Below, piece after piece: positions 10,725 through 23,800 of a stretch of 64,000 nucleotides of DNA. The position numbers and the translations under genes are program-made. Position 1 is the stretch's first letter. Each line of letters starts with the position of its first letter. This DNA comes from Antedon mediterranea. Taxonomy: Eukaryota > Animalia > Echinodermata. The notes below the pieces were generated by a model, which searched no databases, was not told the origin of the DNA, and saw nothing but the letters and a program-made list of their open reading frames with translations. The DNA lies in the NCBI RefSeq assembly GCF_964355755.1, contig NC_092678.1, positions 264,422-328,421 on the forward strand. Direction: 5' to 3'.

Positions 10725-13700
10725 TCACAAAAGATCTACCCAGTTAGGCAGTTTACAGCAATAATCCATGTGGTCCATCAGATTCTTATCTGTAGAGGAC
10801 AAAAGCGCCCAGGCGTAGATTTTCACACATTAAACATTCCATGAAATACACAAACCTTTTTAATGGAAAGATCATGTCATTATATTATAAAAGATGTTTA
10901 CATGGTATCGTGTATGTGTGGTCTCTGTGAGCATCCCCTTGTTCTGACGATGTTTCACTGTGTTTACGTTTACGTGATGGTGGCCCTATATACACCATTT
11001 CATCCTCCTCTCTTGAATTTGGGCAGTACATACTCCGCCGTGATAGCTAAAACAAACAATACATAATAAATGCTTGGTTTCTACTAGAGATGCAGCGCTA
11101 AGACATAAACGCAAGAGATGCAGCGCTAAGACATAAACACAAGAGATGCAGCGCTAAGACGTAAACACAAGAGATGCAGCGCTAAGACGTAAACACAAGA
11201 GATGCAGCGCTAAGACATAAACGCAAGAGATGCAGCGCTAAAACATAAACGCAAGAGATGCAGCGCTAAGACATAAACGCAAGAGATGCAGCGCTAAGAC
11301 ATAAACACAAGAGATGCAGCGCTAAGACATAAACACAAGAGATGCAGCGCTAAGACGTAAACACAAGAGATGCAGCGCTAAGACATAAACGCAAGAGATG
11401 CAGCGCTAAGACATAAACACAAGAGATGCAGCGCTAAGACATAAACGCAAGAGATGCAGCGCTAAGACGTAAACACTAGAGATGCAGCGCTAAGACATAA
11501 ACGCAAGAGATGCAGCGCTAAGACATAAACGCAAGAGATGCAGCGCTAAGACGTAAACGCAAGAGATGCAGCGCTAAGACATAAACGCAAGAGATGCAGC
11601 GCTAAGACATAAACACAAGAGATGCAGCGCTAAGACATAAACACTAGAGATGCAGCGCTAAGACATAAACGCAAGAGATGCAGCGCTAAGACATAAACGC
11701 AAGAGATGCAGCGCTAAGACGTAAACGCAAGAGATGCAGCGCTAAGACATAAACGCAAGAGATGCAGCGCTAAGACATAAACGCAAGAGATGCAGCGCTA
11801 AGACATAAACGCAATGCAAGTCATTTGACCAACTACAAGCGATGGATTATTCAAACTCGCTTGTGTTGGTTTACGTCCTTGTGTTGCCTCTCTAGTGGGA
11901 ACTAAGCTTAAGCAAGTTATTAATGAAAGTTAAGTAAGAGGAGATAAATTGCTTAATTAAGTAGAGAACTTACCAAAGACAATCGAATACATTGCTTTAA
12001 CCTGCATTTCTGCCTAATCCTGTTTGGTCCGCCAAATTTCTTCATATCCTGAAAAAAACATTCATAATAATAATTAAAAAAAATGAAATTAGCAAAAAAT
12101 ATTTGTGCAAACATATACATATAAAGTGACATGGGGTTAATTTGCCACGCATTTTATTATACTGAAACAATCTATTTACCATGCAGTAGTCACATTCCCC
12201 GCAATCGTCTTGACGATAGCAAGCATCACAGTCTCCGCATCTCCGACTTGATCGCTGAAAAAAAATACAAACAAACTTTAAGTTTATGTTCTAAAACCAC
12301 ACAGTTATTAGCTAAAGCTAATTACTGACCACTTTGTGTAATTTATTGCAATGTCTATGGTATCTCTGTACACTTAAAAGTAGCATTAATCTAAATCCCA
12401 ACTTTATATCAATGGCTACCAGATGTCTCTATGTATACCGTTACCTGAACCAGTACTAAAGTGTGTGACTGTATTATAACCACAGTATGAGTTTTGACTG
12501 CTTAAACAAAAGAGCCTATGTTAAGTGTATTATTCTAGAGTGTTTGTTAGACTTATATACTGTACTGACTCCCAAGTATAAACCTAGAAATATAATAATA
12601 CTTTAAATGGATAATGCTTAGGAGATGCATGTATACAGGAGGACCACTTCAGTACACTACAAAGAAATTAGCAGACTAATACCCCAGGGTGGGCTTATAC
12701 ATGAATCAGAAATGGTAATCACAAATCAATGAATAACAAAATTGCAGGTAATGAGCTTACCACAAGTGGTAACTTAACATTATTGGCGTATTCATTACTA
12801 GAACCTTCTGTACCAGATTTCTTCTCTTCGTACGCTTTTAAAAGTTTATCACAAAAACTAGTATCCACTTTATCATCTGCACGTTTCTTTTTTTTCTTTG
12901 ATTTCTTTGATTTCTTCTTTCTATATTTAAATCTCTTCCCACAATGTCCTCCGCCTGTATGTGTTCGTAAGTGCCGTTTCAATGATCCACCTTGCCTGAA
13001 CTTTTTCTCACAAAGTTCACATTTGAAAGGCGTCTCTCCTGAATGCATTGATAAATGTTTTACCAATTCACACTTGTGAATAAATCTTCTTCCACAAGCA
13101 TCACATTCATGTGGTCTATCGCCTGTTTGTATTTTCGACTTTAAATGATCACAAACATGAACATTTTTAGAACTAATAGTCTTGAATTTCTTTCCACAAT
13201 GTTCGGATTCATAATATTTATCCTCATGTATTTCATTCTTTTTTAAATGAGTTGCAAAATGTAATTCCAAATGTTTTTCATCATCAAAAATTAGTTGACA
13301 ATAATCACATTGATTACATGAATGTGTCTTAATAACATGCTCATCTAAGTCGTCCTCATTCACAAATATCTGGCCACAATGTTCACATTGAACTTCTGTG
13401 TGTATATTTAAATGTGTTTTTAAATCATGCAACACAAACTTTTCTCCACAGTGTTCACATTTAAATTTTATTAGATTTTCATTGTTTAAAATGATTTCTC
13501 TTTTTTCTTCTGATTGCAAATGCTCATTTTTTTGTCTTTCACTATAATTTATCTTGTCTTCTTTTCCAAAGTTTTCTAAAATAGAAATAATAACAAATAT
13601 ATAATTTTAAAAAGAATTAAATATTTACATATTTCAAGTTTTATAATTAGGGGCCTATAAAATATTTAATAAATATTTATAAGTATTTATTAAAAACTCA

Positions 13701-13750
13701 CCTATTTTAACTTCTGGAATCATTGTACAGTCGTTTTCATATTCTGCCAT
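10725..13750 (-). CDS. Chimeric C2H2-ZNF / CXXC-domain gene (ZNF-D 5' part fused to CXXC1 middle exons), ~407 aa
   Basis: join(13702..13750, 12761..13575, 12180..12254, 11974..12048, 10902..11046, 10725..10789), all GT-AG and open. It encodes 5 intact C2H2 fingers, a Lys-rich linker, the full CXXC (CGDCDACYRQDDCGECDYCMDMKKFGGPNRIRQKCRLKQC) and ends LMDHMDYCCKLPNWVDLL*. If the last intron is not spliced it stops at 10885 (391 aa). Minus-strand AATAAA at 10134..10139. Confidence 0.75.
11072..11910. mobile_element. MITE (GCTTGGTTYCYACTAG...CTAGTGGGAACYAAGC family) with internal 28-bp minisatellite x ~26
   Basis: Inverted termini at ~11072 and ~11891-11908. Unit AGAGATGCAGCGCTAAGACATAAACGCA spans 11086..11813. 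Related copies lie at ~18975-19110, 19443-19563, 24836-25350 and 32470-32600. Confidence 0.75.
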
Positions 13751-14838
13751 TCCTAAGAATAGTTTCTAAAGTGTAATCAATATACTACACAAGAACAAAA
13801 AAAAACAAAGTAATGACATGTTATAACAACATCCAAGGACGAACCGACCCCAAAATATCTAAGTCTAGGACCAAACGAAGGATCCGCCTGTTCAGTCAAT
13901 CAGGCCATGGACAAGCTAAAAAAAAGAAGACCACATTCAGTGCGTTCTCAGGATTTAAACATTATTTTTATAATAGGATATAATAAAGAAATTATAAAAA
14001 CGCGAATTTTATATTTTCGACTATTATTGTTTTATACAATTACAAGTCAAAGGAAAAAATCTCTTACCGTAGTAGGCCGGCCACCATGAATTAACTAGGC
14101 TACTAGGAGGAGGCTAGCCTGGAAAAATGATTAGAGAGGGCGGCAAACAAGTTTTTCTTATAATCATAAAAAAAAAGCTCAGCAAATAAAAACTAGTAAC
14201 AAATGTCATGCTTTGTTTTTATTAGAACTACATAGCTGCATACTACAGTATTAGGAAATTCAATACAAGAACAATGATATTTCAAACTGTTTTAGTTGGC
14301 GATACAAAGCTACATTTACATCTCCCTGATTCAACCCACAAGATATGGCAGGGATATAACCTGAACAAAATAAACTGCATATCGTATCAGGTCTATCCTG
14401 CATCCTTCACATGCTACTGACTTGAGTAGATCATTTGTCATGGACACAATATTCTATTTCAATCAACATGTGTTTATCTTACTTTTAACACTTATTACTC
14501 TACTGTAATTAATTATTTTGTTAAACTTTGTAACAAATTTTTAAAACAATTTTTATTTACTTATAAAAAAGCTTCAGAAATGATCTAGATTTGTACAAAG
14601 ATTATTTGATACTTAGTTGTATACTTAGTTGACAATAAGAACATACTTGGAGAACAATTACAGTTTCTCCTTTCTATAAAATTCATTAAAATTAAAAGAA
14701 AATATTGACATTACATAAAATGACCTAAAGAAGAAGTCATGACTGGCAACTTATAAGACTTTGAAACACAGTTAACGGCAAACAACTTAGGGTCAATTGA
14801 GGTTTCAAACCAACCATCTACAATATAAGTTACAAATA

Positions 14839-17800
14839 TTAAACAGTTTGTGCGACACCGATTGGCATTGCAGGTACTCCACCTACACCCCCTGAAACAC
14901 TTTCTGCCACTTTTGCAGATACATCTAGTCCACCTCCACCCCCTGAAACATTTGCTGTCTCCTGTGTATTTTCTTGAATCCTTTCTGCTGGCTTTTCTTT
15001 ACAAGTTGCTTCTTCAGTTGGCTGCGGTATTCCAATATTCATCTGGGTGTTCACTCCTGTGTTGAACCCAGACTGCATGTGCACCTGGGCCAGCATGTCA
15101 TGATCTATGGTCTGATGCAACATGAGGCCTAGAACACCCGCCCTCTCAGACATCGCCGTACGAATGTTACGCTCTTGCTCAAATAAATCATCCAATTTTA
15201 GCCACTAAAATTTAAAAAAAAATCAAGCTCAGTTCTAAACTAAGAAAGTACTTATTGAATTAATAATAATACAGATTTCTGGAGCATACTACACCACTAA
15301 AGGTGCTCAAGGGGCTGGAAGTATTAAATCAAGAACGTACTTAAATTAATCTTAGCTCTAGTAGTAATCAAAAATCACTATCAATCTCAGTTGTAAACTA
15401 AGAAAGTACTTATTGAATTAAAAGTAGTAAACTAAGAACGTACTTAAATTAATCTTATCTCTAGTAGTAATCACTTACCCAATGAACTCTTTGTAAATCG
15501 ATCTCAGCTCTACGGAGTTTCTCCCAATGAAAGTGTTTGTTGCATTTCTTTTTAGCCATCAGACAGAACTGGTCAGTTTCTTTTAGAATGTTACCCTTTG
15601 TGAGTGGACATCCACAAACCTCGTTGTCACTCACCTGTGGGTCAGAAATATGTCAATCATTAAATGTAACAACTCATTTAGGATTCCCCCTCCTTTGAGA
15701 CAACGATAAGGGGACACTTGAAGGTTCTACTTTAACTTAATACACAGACTACCACTAATTAAACTAGACCAACTGGCGAGGTTTGGTACCAGTAGTCTTT
15801 TAAAGCGAGTGAGGAGTGGCCGAACAGTTAAGACAGTGGAACCATAATTAGCGAGTGAGGAGTGGCCGAACAGTTAAGACAGTGGAACCATAATTAGCGA
15901 GTGAGGAGTGGCCGAACAGTTAAGACAGTGGAACCATAATTAGCGAGTGAGGAGTGGCCGAACAGTTAAGACAGTGGAACCATAATTAGCGAGTGAGGAG
16001 TGGCCGAACAGTTAAGACAGTGGAACCATAATTAGCGAGTGAGGAGTGGCCGAACAGTTAAGACAGTGGAACCATAATTATATAGCCATGACATCGGCAA
16101 GGGTTCGAGGCTGATGCATGGTTCTGGTGGTACGCCGGTGTATTAGTACACACACACTGATCATAACTGGGCCCTCTGGTATTTGACTGAAGAGGCTACA
16201 AAGTATAAAGAATTGATAATAATAAAGTGTTGGTAGAATAAGGAAGGATCCAGTGAACGCTGACTTGGTAATGAGACACTTACCTTTGGGTCTTTAGTGT
16301 GCTCTGGACAAAGTACTTTCAATCGTTTACAGTATGTACTCTGCTGCGGATTGAAATAGTCACAAAACATGGATTCTCTGTAAAAAAGAAAAACGCACTT
16401 AGATATTATAGACAGATTATATAAATCTCTGTCCACACTATCAAAACAAATGTGATGTGCCCAAATATGGTAGTAATATGACATCATTAGACAATAGTGA
16501 AAAAAAATGTTGATATATATTTACCCAGCAATTCTTGTTGGGTAAGCTGACCCATAAGATGTCTGACTCTCCAACTGAAATTAAAATTAAAATGATCGAA
16601 TTTAAACAGTTTTAGCCAAAAGTAATCAAGTTTGATTTACAATGTATTAATTTTAGCGAATATAGAACATTTTCTGATAAACAACATCAAATATAAACAA
16701 TGTTAATAGAATTGTAAATGTATGAATTTTAACAATTTTAATCTGTTTGAGAATTTATAACTTTAATGAATCCTCTTGTACCTTCATGTTTGAATGTTGT
16801 CTGTATATCTTTGAATTGTTTTTAATAGGGCCACTTCAAGTCAGCTGTACTGCTGTAGTACAGTTGTTAAGTTACCCTTGTGAAATGAAGTTGAATAAAT
16901 AAATAAATTGTTCGTTTTAGCCATACCTTACTGAAGCACCTTTGAAAGTGTCTAATAGCTCTGGTTAGGTTCACTGGCATTCCACAAGACACACAGTATA
17001 TACTGAGTTCTGCCTCTTCATCCTCTGTGTTCTAATAAAAAGAGGATGGTTACATTAAAGATGAGCAAAGAATAACAAAGTGACAAGATATGAGAACCAA
17101 CCCATGATCATAACATACATATTTTGATCTTATCACGGATGGTACCACAAAGAAATATAGCTTCTATATCTTTCCGATAATTTACTGGCATTACCAAATT
17201 ACAGACAGGAAGCTGGGGACAGAAGTAAGTTACCCTTTATTTAATTTTGATTTTATTAATTTCAGCAATATTTTAGAGGTGTCCATCCAGCCAAAGCTGA
17301 TCATTAGGGACCCTCACAAAAATACAATATGGCAAGAAATAAACATGTAACAATAAAAATTAAAAAGATAAATAAAATAATGCACAAAAAAATTAAAAGG
17401 AAGATCAAATAAAAAAACAATTAAATTAAATTGGCCATCTTAGAGAGAAGATGGGAAATAGGAAACAATAAACTTCCAAATTGGAGCCTATATCTCACCT
17501 CTTGATCCTGATCAATGGTACAACGTTTGGCCTTCTCAACAATCTTCTTCAATTGGTCAATCTGTTTATCAAGGTCTGCTATGTTTTTCTTTGCGTTCTC
17601 CATGTTTGTCCGAACAACTTCCAGTTCTTTTTTATTTTTCTCTTCCGCTATACAAGGACTCTCCTGCCACTGTTTGATGCGTTGCGGCAGAAACTCAAAG
17701 ATACGACTGTAAACGAACATAATTGTATTCATAGGTAGATTTAAGTATGAGGGTTGGGGTGACTTATTCAAAGAGGGGAGGGACACGTGGTAAATTGCAA

Positions 17801-20800
17801 TGCAAAAGCACTTTTTACAACAATTGTAAGTCCTACATAGGTCACACATATTTCAAAATCTTGGATACGTCACTAGTAAGCGCTCTGATCTTTATGAAAT
17901 AGCGCTATATAAATGTCGCATAGATAGATAGAATGTTTTCATAAGAGTATTTATAAACAGAAATAAAGCAATGGATACAGGGTAGACAGATATACAAAAT
18001 AGCATGTGCACTAATACGAGATATAATTATACAGTAGTTGTAACGGCTATGAGAACTCACTGGCAAGCTTATGGGGCAGAGCAGTGCCCAGAGCAACAAT
18101 AAGCATTACCATATGTCGAAAAGGGCTAAAAATGTCTGAGGCCTCCAGCGTTGGAGGGCCACTTAGAGTTCCTAAACCAGGGGCCTCAAGCCTCTGCGTT
18201 ACACCACTGGATAGATGCTTACTTAGTTGCAAGTTTAAGTCCACACTCATCACTGCAATACTTGCTGTTGGTTCTTGCAACCTTTGTACAGCCAGGTCCA
18301 TTACATTGTTTGGGGATATTTTTTTGTCTTTTTAGTCTTTCATCTCGGTCATCTTTTTGACTGAGTTTTCTCTTCTTTTCCTTCGTCTGGTTAAAAATAA
18401 ATAAACTCAATTAGAACTAGCATCATTACAAGAATGAAAATCACAATTTAAAAGACATGTTAGACTAACAGTTGTGTGTCCATTGGTATGTATATCATAT
18501 TTCAATTACATATTTTGATAATACTTAAATAAACTAAAATATAAACAGTAAAACATACATGTACTTGATATCTTTATAGTTTCAGAGTTCTTCTAAATAC
18601 AGTAAAATAGATCAGTATTCTACAAACAGGCATTTTATAATTAGTAAATATTCTATGCATTTACAAACCTTTTTGTCTTTGCCTTTCACATGCTTAGATT
18701 TCTTGTGTTTCTTAGATAAGCGCTTATCTTTTGCTGGTCTCATCACATAATCAAAGTGGTCTAATAAACTGGGGTCAACATCCTAAAGGTCAAAATGAAA
18801 ATAATAATTTATATGAAAAATAAGTAAATTAATTATTATGAAGAATTATTTTGAAATCTTTTTACAATTATATGTGATCACACACTACCTGAATTTTTAG
18901 ACAAGTCTGTTACGGTTGGCCATTATTTGACCTCTCCACAGTTCATGTGTAGAAGGCAGTAGCAACATTATTGTTTGGTTCCCACTAGGATGCAAAGCAA
19001 GGACGTCAGCACTATGCAACCGAATTGACCAATGACAAGCAACAGTTCAGATAAGTTACTTACATTGTGCTTACGTCCTTGCGTTGCGTCCTAGTGGGAA
19101 CCAAGGTTTAATCTTTATACTAGTTTGAACACTAGCCTAATGTACCTTATGAACTGACCAACTTGCACAAGTAAAACATCACCAATAAATTAACATTAGT
19201 AAAAACACTGTATAGTTTGTAAGAGTAGATTTATTGCACAAACTTAAATACAAGAGATGGTATTAAGAACACTAAATATAAATCAACAACAAATTCTAAC
19301 AAAGAATGAAAAACCAAAACTATAAATTAAGTCTATGTTTGTTTATTTAAATATTTACAAGTATAAAGAACAATTGATTTTGTACAAGTTTACAGCTATT
19401 TTTTTGGGCAAATACAAGATATTTCAATTGAATCATTTTAAAAGCTTGGTTCCCATTCGACACAATTCAGTGACATAGGCACAACGCAGTGATTTGACCA
19501 ATCACGTTGGATGATCTATCGCATCTTGATTGGTCAAATGACCTATTGTTGTGGGAACCAAGTGAAATTGATCTTGTCACTGAAAATGAAAAAAGGATTA
19601 AAACAACTACGACCTTTGACATCATCCATCAAAATATGTCATAAGTGAATTAAAAAAAAACACTGAAAATATATTTTAATTATACAGTATTATCATATTA
19701 TGTATAAGATGGATTTTATAATGTACAAAAATACCATTTTAAGTTGATTGTTAAAATAAATTTGAGATTTATTTACAGAGTTTTCAAATATTGTTAATAT
19801 ATATTCTATCGTAATTGTGTAGTTTTTGTGGACCTTTCTGATTGTTGTGAGCATATCACATAATATACCCAATATTCACAACCAATCTAAAATACTGTAT
19901 GCAACATGCCTTCTTCATTTATACAACAATATACACATTAAAAACAATTAGAAACAATATAGATTAAGATTTTTGGATATCCTCTCATTTCAAATTGAAT
20001 CGAAAAAAATTATAAGCTATATATAAGATATATATTATGCTTGTAGAACATGAATCTTAATAACAAATACAAAAACACAGGCTGCACTTGTTCATCTGTT
20101 GGCAAACTCTGAAGACTGCGTAGAAAATGCATTTTCAAATAATATACAAAAACACAGGCTTTAAACTGCTGTCTGCCATAACTTTACAACAATGCCCTTT
20201 CAGTTTAAATGATTAAAAAATGGAAGAAAAAAACTTATTTAATATGAAATACTGATAAACCTGATTAAATAATGTAGTATACAAATATTGACTGGAAACA
20301 GAGTACTGTATCGTACATGAATTTGTGCATTAAAACACGCACCCAGTTAGAAATTTAATCACTTATTACTATATTTTATCAATAAGCTACAAAAACTGAA
20401 AATTATTTTATTTGTTTAAATTTTAAAAATGGTCCAATGAAATATAAATAACAATCTGCCAAAGACATCCAAAACATTAATCATATTTACGACATACTGT
20501 ATACAATATTTGTTGACAAAAAAGTGTAACAAAACCCATAAAAATAAATATCTTTGGCACAAATGTTATATAAAATCAATAAGGTTTAAACCTCTGTTTA
20601 CACTATTGAACTTGTCTGAGAGTGTGATGTGCCCAAATATGGTAGTGATATGATGTCATATGTCCATATGGGCACATCACATAAAGTTTAATAGTGTAGA
20701 CTGAGCTTAAGTTGTGAAAATAACCTTTTTTAATTGTTTTTAGTGTACCAACATCATGGTAGCACAGTATTAACTATTTACTAGTGTACCAACATCATGG

Positions 20801-23800
20801 TAGCACAGTATTAACTATTTACTAGTGTACCAACATCATGGTAGCACAGTATTAACTATTTACTAGTGTACCAACATCATGGTAGCACAGTATTAACTTT
20901 TTACTAGTGTACCAACATCATGGTAGCACAGTATTAACTATTTACTAGTGTACCAACATCATGGTAGCACAGTATTAACTTTTTACTATTGTACCAACAT
21001 CATGGTAGCACAGTATTAACTATTTACAAGTCTTTTCTAATACAAACCAATAAACATTTTATATACAGATAATTTACAAAATGCTGTTCAAAGATTGAAA
21101 TAATGCATAAAACTATGTCAGACAGGATCCTTGTCAAAACAGACTGGCTTCTGTCAAACTTTATTACAGACTGGCTTCTGTCAAAACTCTATTAAAGACT
21201 GGCTTCTGTCAAACTTTATTACAGACTGGCTTCTGTCAAAACTTTATTAAAGACTGGTTTCTGTCAAACTTTATTACAGACTGGCTTCTGTCAAAACTTT
21301 ATTAAAGACTGGTTTCTGTCAAAATCTATTAGACTGGCTTCTGTCAAACCATTATTACAGACTAGCTACTGTCAAAACTCTATTACAGACTAGCTTCTGT
21401 CAAACTCAATTACAGACAGGATTCTGTCAAACTATTAATACAGACTGGCTTCTTTACAATTTTTCTGCAAATATTAAGCAGATTCTTTAACTCATATAAC
21501 AAAAAGAATAATCATTGGTTTAATATGTTAAAAATGTCTTGTACAATGTATAGAATAACCTTTATCCAATCGTACTGATTGCTTAGCAGGATCATGAAAA
21601 TGAATCCAGGTTGAATGACATAAGCCAGTCTTAATTAAACAATGTATAGAATAACCTTTATCCAATAGTAATGATTGCTTAGCAGGATCATGAAAATGAA
21701 TCCAGGTTGAATGACATAAGCCAGTCTTAATTAAACAATGTATAGAATAACCTTTATCCAATAGTAATGATTGCTTAGCAGGATCATGAAAATGAATCCA
21801 GGTTGAATGACATAAGCCAGTCTTAATTAAACAATGTATAGAATAACCTTTATCCAATAGTAATGATTGCTTAGCAGGATCATGAAAATGAATCCAGGTT
21901 GAATGACATAAGCCAGTCTTAATTAAACAATGTATAGAATAACCTTTATCCAATAGTAATTATTGCTTAGCAGGATCATGAAAATGAATCCAGGTTGAAT
22001 GACATAAGCCAGTCTTAATTAAACAATGTATAGAATAACCTTTATCCAATAGTAATGATTGCTTAGCAGGATCATGAAAATGAATCCAGGTTGAATGACA
22101 TAAGCCAGTCTTAATTAAACAATGTATAGAATAACCTTTATCCAATCGTAATGATTGCTTAGCAGGATCATGAAAATGAATCCAGGTTGAATGACATAAG
22201 CCAGTCTTAATTAAACAATGTATAGAATAACCTTTATCCAATAGTAATGATTGCTTAGCAGGATCATGAAAATGAATCCAGGTTGAATGACATAAGCCAG
22301 TCTTAATTAAACAATGTATAGAATAACCTTTATACAATCGTAATGATTGCTTAGCAGGATCATGAGAATGAATCCAGGTTGAATGACATAAGCCAGTCTT
22401 AATTAAACAATGTATAGAATAACCTTTATCCAATAGTAATGATTGCTTAGCAGGATCATGAAAATGAATCCAGGTTGAATGACATAAGCCAGTCTTAATT
22501 AAACAATGTATAGAATAACCTTTATCCAATCGTAATGATTGCTTAGCAGGATCATGAGAATGAATCCAGGTTGAATGACATAAGCCAGTCTTAATTAAAC
22601 AATGTATAGAATAACCTTTATCCAATCGTAATGATTGCTTAGCAGGATCATGAAAATGAATCCAGGTTGAATGACATAAGCCAGTCTTAATTAAACAATG
22701 TATAGAATAACCTTTATCCAATCGTAATGATTGCTTAGCAGGATCATGAAAATGAATCCAGGTTGAATGACATAAGCCAGTCTTACTTTAACATTGATTA
22801 CACTACTAATGACATAAGCCAGTCTTACTTTAACATTGATTACACTACTAATGACATAAGCCAGTCTTAATTAAACAATGTATAGAATAACCTTTATCCA
22901 ATCGTAATGATTGCTTAGCAGGATCATGAAAATGAATCCAGGTTGAATGACATAAGCCAGTCTTACTTTAACATTGATTACACTACTAATGACATAAGCC
23001 AGTCTTAATTAAACAATGTATAGAATCTGTCAACAGATATTCTACATCATTATTATTAGTAGTACTTTTGTTCTGTGACTGAATACAAATAATCAGGATT
23101 CATATCAATGATTATTATTACAAATTTGGAGAAGATTGTGTAGATCTGCACGTATAGTTATGTGTCATAGTTAGTTGATGTACCATAGGCCAGGCTGCAG
23201 TAGTGATATATTATAGTTCAGGCTGGTGTGGTGATGTACTATCGTCTAGGCTGGCGCATACCATAGTTCAGGCTGGTGTAGTGATGTACCATAGGCCAGG
23301 CTGGTGTAGTGATGTACCATAGTTCAGGCTGGTGTAGCGATGTAGCATAGTTCAGGCTGGTGTAGTGATGTACCATAGGCCAGGCTGGTGTAGTGATGTA
23401 CCATAGTTCAGGCTGGTGTAGTGATGTACCATAGTTCAGGCTGGTGTAGTGATGTACCATAGTTCAGGCTGGTGTAGTGATGTACCATAGGCCAGGCTGG
23501 TGTAGTGATGTACCATAGTTCAGGCTGTTGTAGTGATGTACCATAGTTCAGGCTGGTGTAGTGATGTACCATAGGTCAGGCTGGTGTAGTGATGTACTAT
23601 AGTTCAGCCTGGAGTAGTGACGTACCATAGATCAGGCTTGAGTGATGATGCACCATGAGTCAGGGATATGCTTTCTGAGATAACAATGTTCACAAATTGT
23701 AACTTTGCTGGAGACCAATATCACTGCTATTAGAACAAACTGGTCCCACTAATTCTTACTAACTTCCAAATGTTCTTTAGTACTCAACCAACTTTTGACA

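Noticed and set aside
15804-16079. CRISPR-like appearance of regular 28-46-bp repeats (also 11086, 29823, 39283)
   Set aside because: Head-to-tail units with no unique spacers, no cas genes, eukaryotic intronic context.
21528-22721. 141-aa and 253-aa repeat ORFs
   Set aside because: Translation of a 96-bp array with non-ATG starts. No splice support, and absent from the CXXC1 model.
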